From Psychromonas sp. (GTDB lineage Bacteria; Pseudomonadota; Gammaproteobacteria; Enterobacterales; Psychromonadaceae): a DNA stretch of 64,000 nt. The position numbers were made by a program, and so were the translations under genes. The stretch spans positions 2,744-66,743 of the forward strand of contig JABXKR010000309.1 of NCBI GenBank assembly GCA_013619145.1, read 5' to 3'. The notes under the pieces were generated by a model that had not been told where the DNA came from, searched no databases, and was given only the letters and a program-made list of their open reading frames with translations. Below are positions 63,878 to 64,000 of the stretch, piece after piece; the first letter of the stretch is position 1, and the number at the start of each line of letters is the position of its first letter.

Positions 63878-64000
63878 CCATATGAGAACCCACAGGTTGT
63901 TCACAAAGTAGGTGGGTGTGTGTCTACCCCATATGACATAAGGCTTAGAGCGAATTAACTTCATTATTTAATGAACACTTAGTTCACAAACAGGTTCACG
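63877..64000. mobile_element. Probable end of an element inserted in dprA
   Basis: Abrupt loss of DprA similarity; repeats CCCATATGA (63877, 63928), GTTCACAAA (63899, 63982) and GTTCAC (63994). Confidence 0.55.

Overview
AT-rich marine gammaproteobacterial chromosome segment (Psychromonas/Alteromonadales-like by gene content and order; inference). Core content: dinF-response regulator-SCO-lexA, a gspC-N type II secretion cluster, hslR-hslO, an MCP, pckA, ldhA, a sigma54/NtrC-type nitrate assimilation cluster (cobA-nirB-nirD-narK-PP2C/kinase, divergent nasA), deoR-glmS, rmuC, trkH-trkA-rsmB-fmt-def, a LysM gene and dprA. Unusual features: (1) two unrelated genes (lexA, gspF) are each followed by a tandem array of copies of their own last codons, and the copies differ from the gene mostly at synonymous positions; (2) gspH/gspI carry a 157-bp duplication and gspK has a frameshifting internal deletion; (3) an integron-like array with an attI-like site, one clear attC and decayed attCs but no integrase, carrying HEPN-like and Cys-rich GGDEF cargo; (4) several MITE/ERIC-like families; (5) dprA lacks a canonical start and is cut by foreign sequence at the window end. 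All calls are from reading the sequence; no database searches were run.
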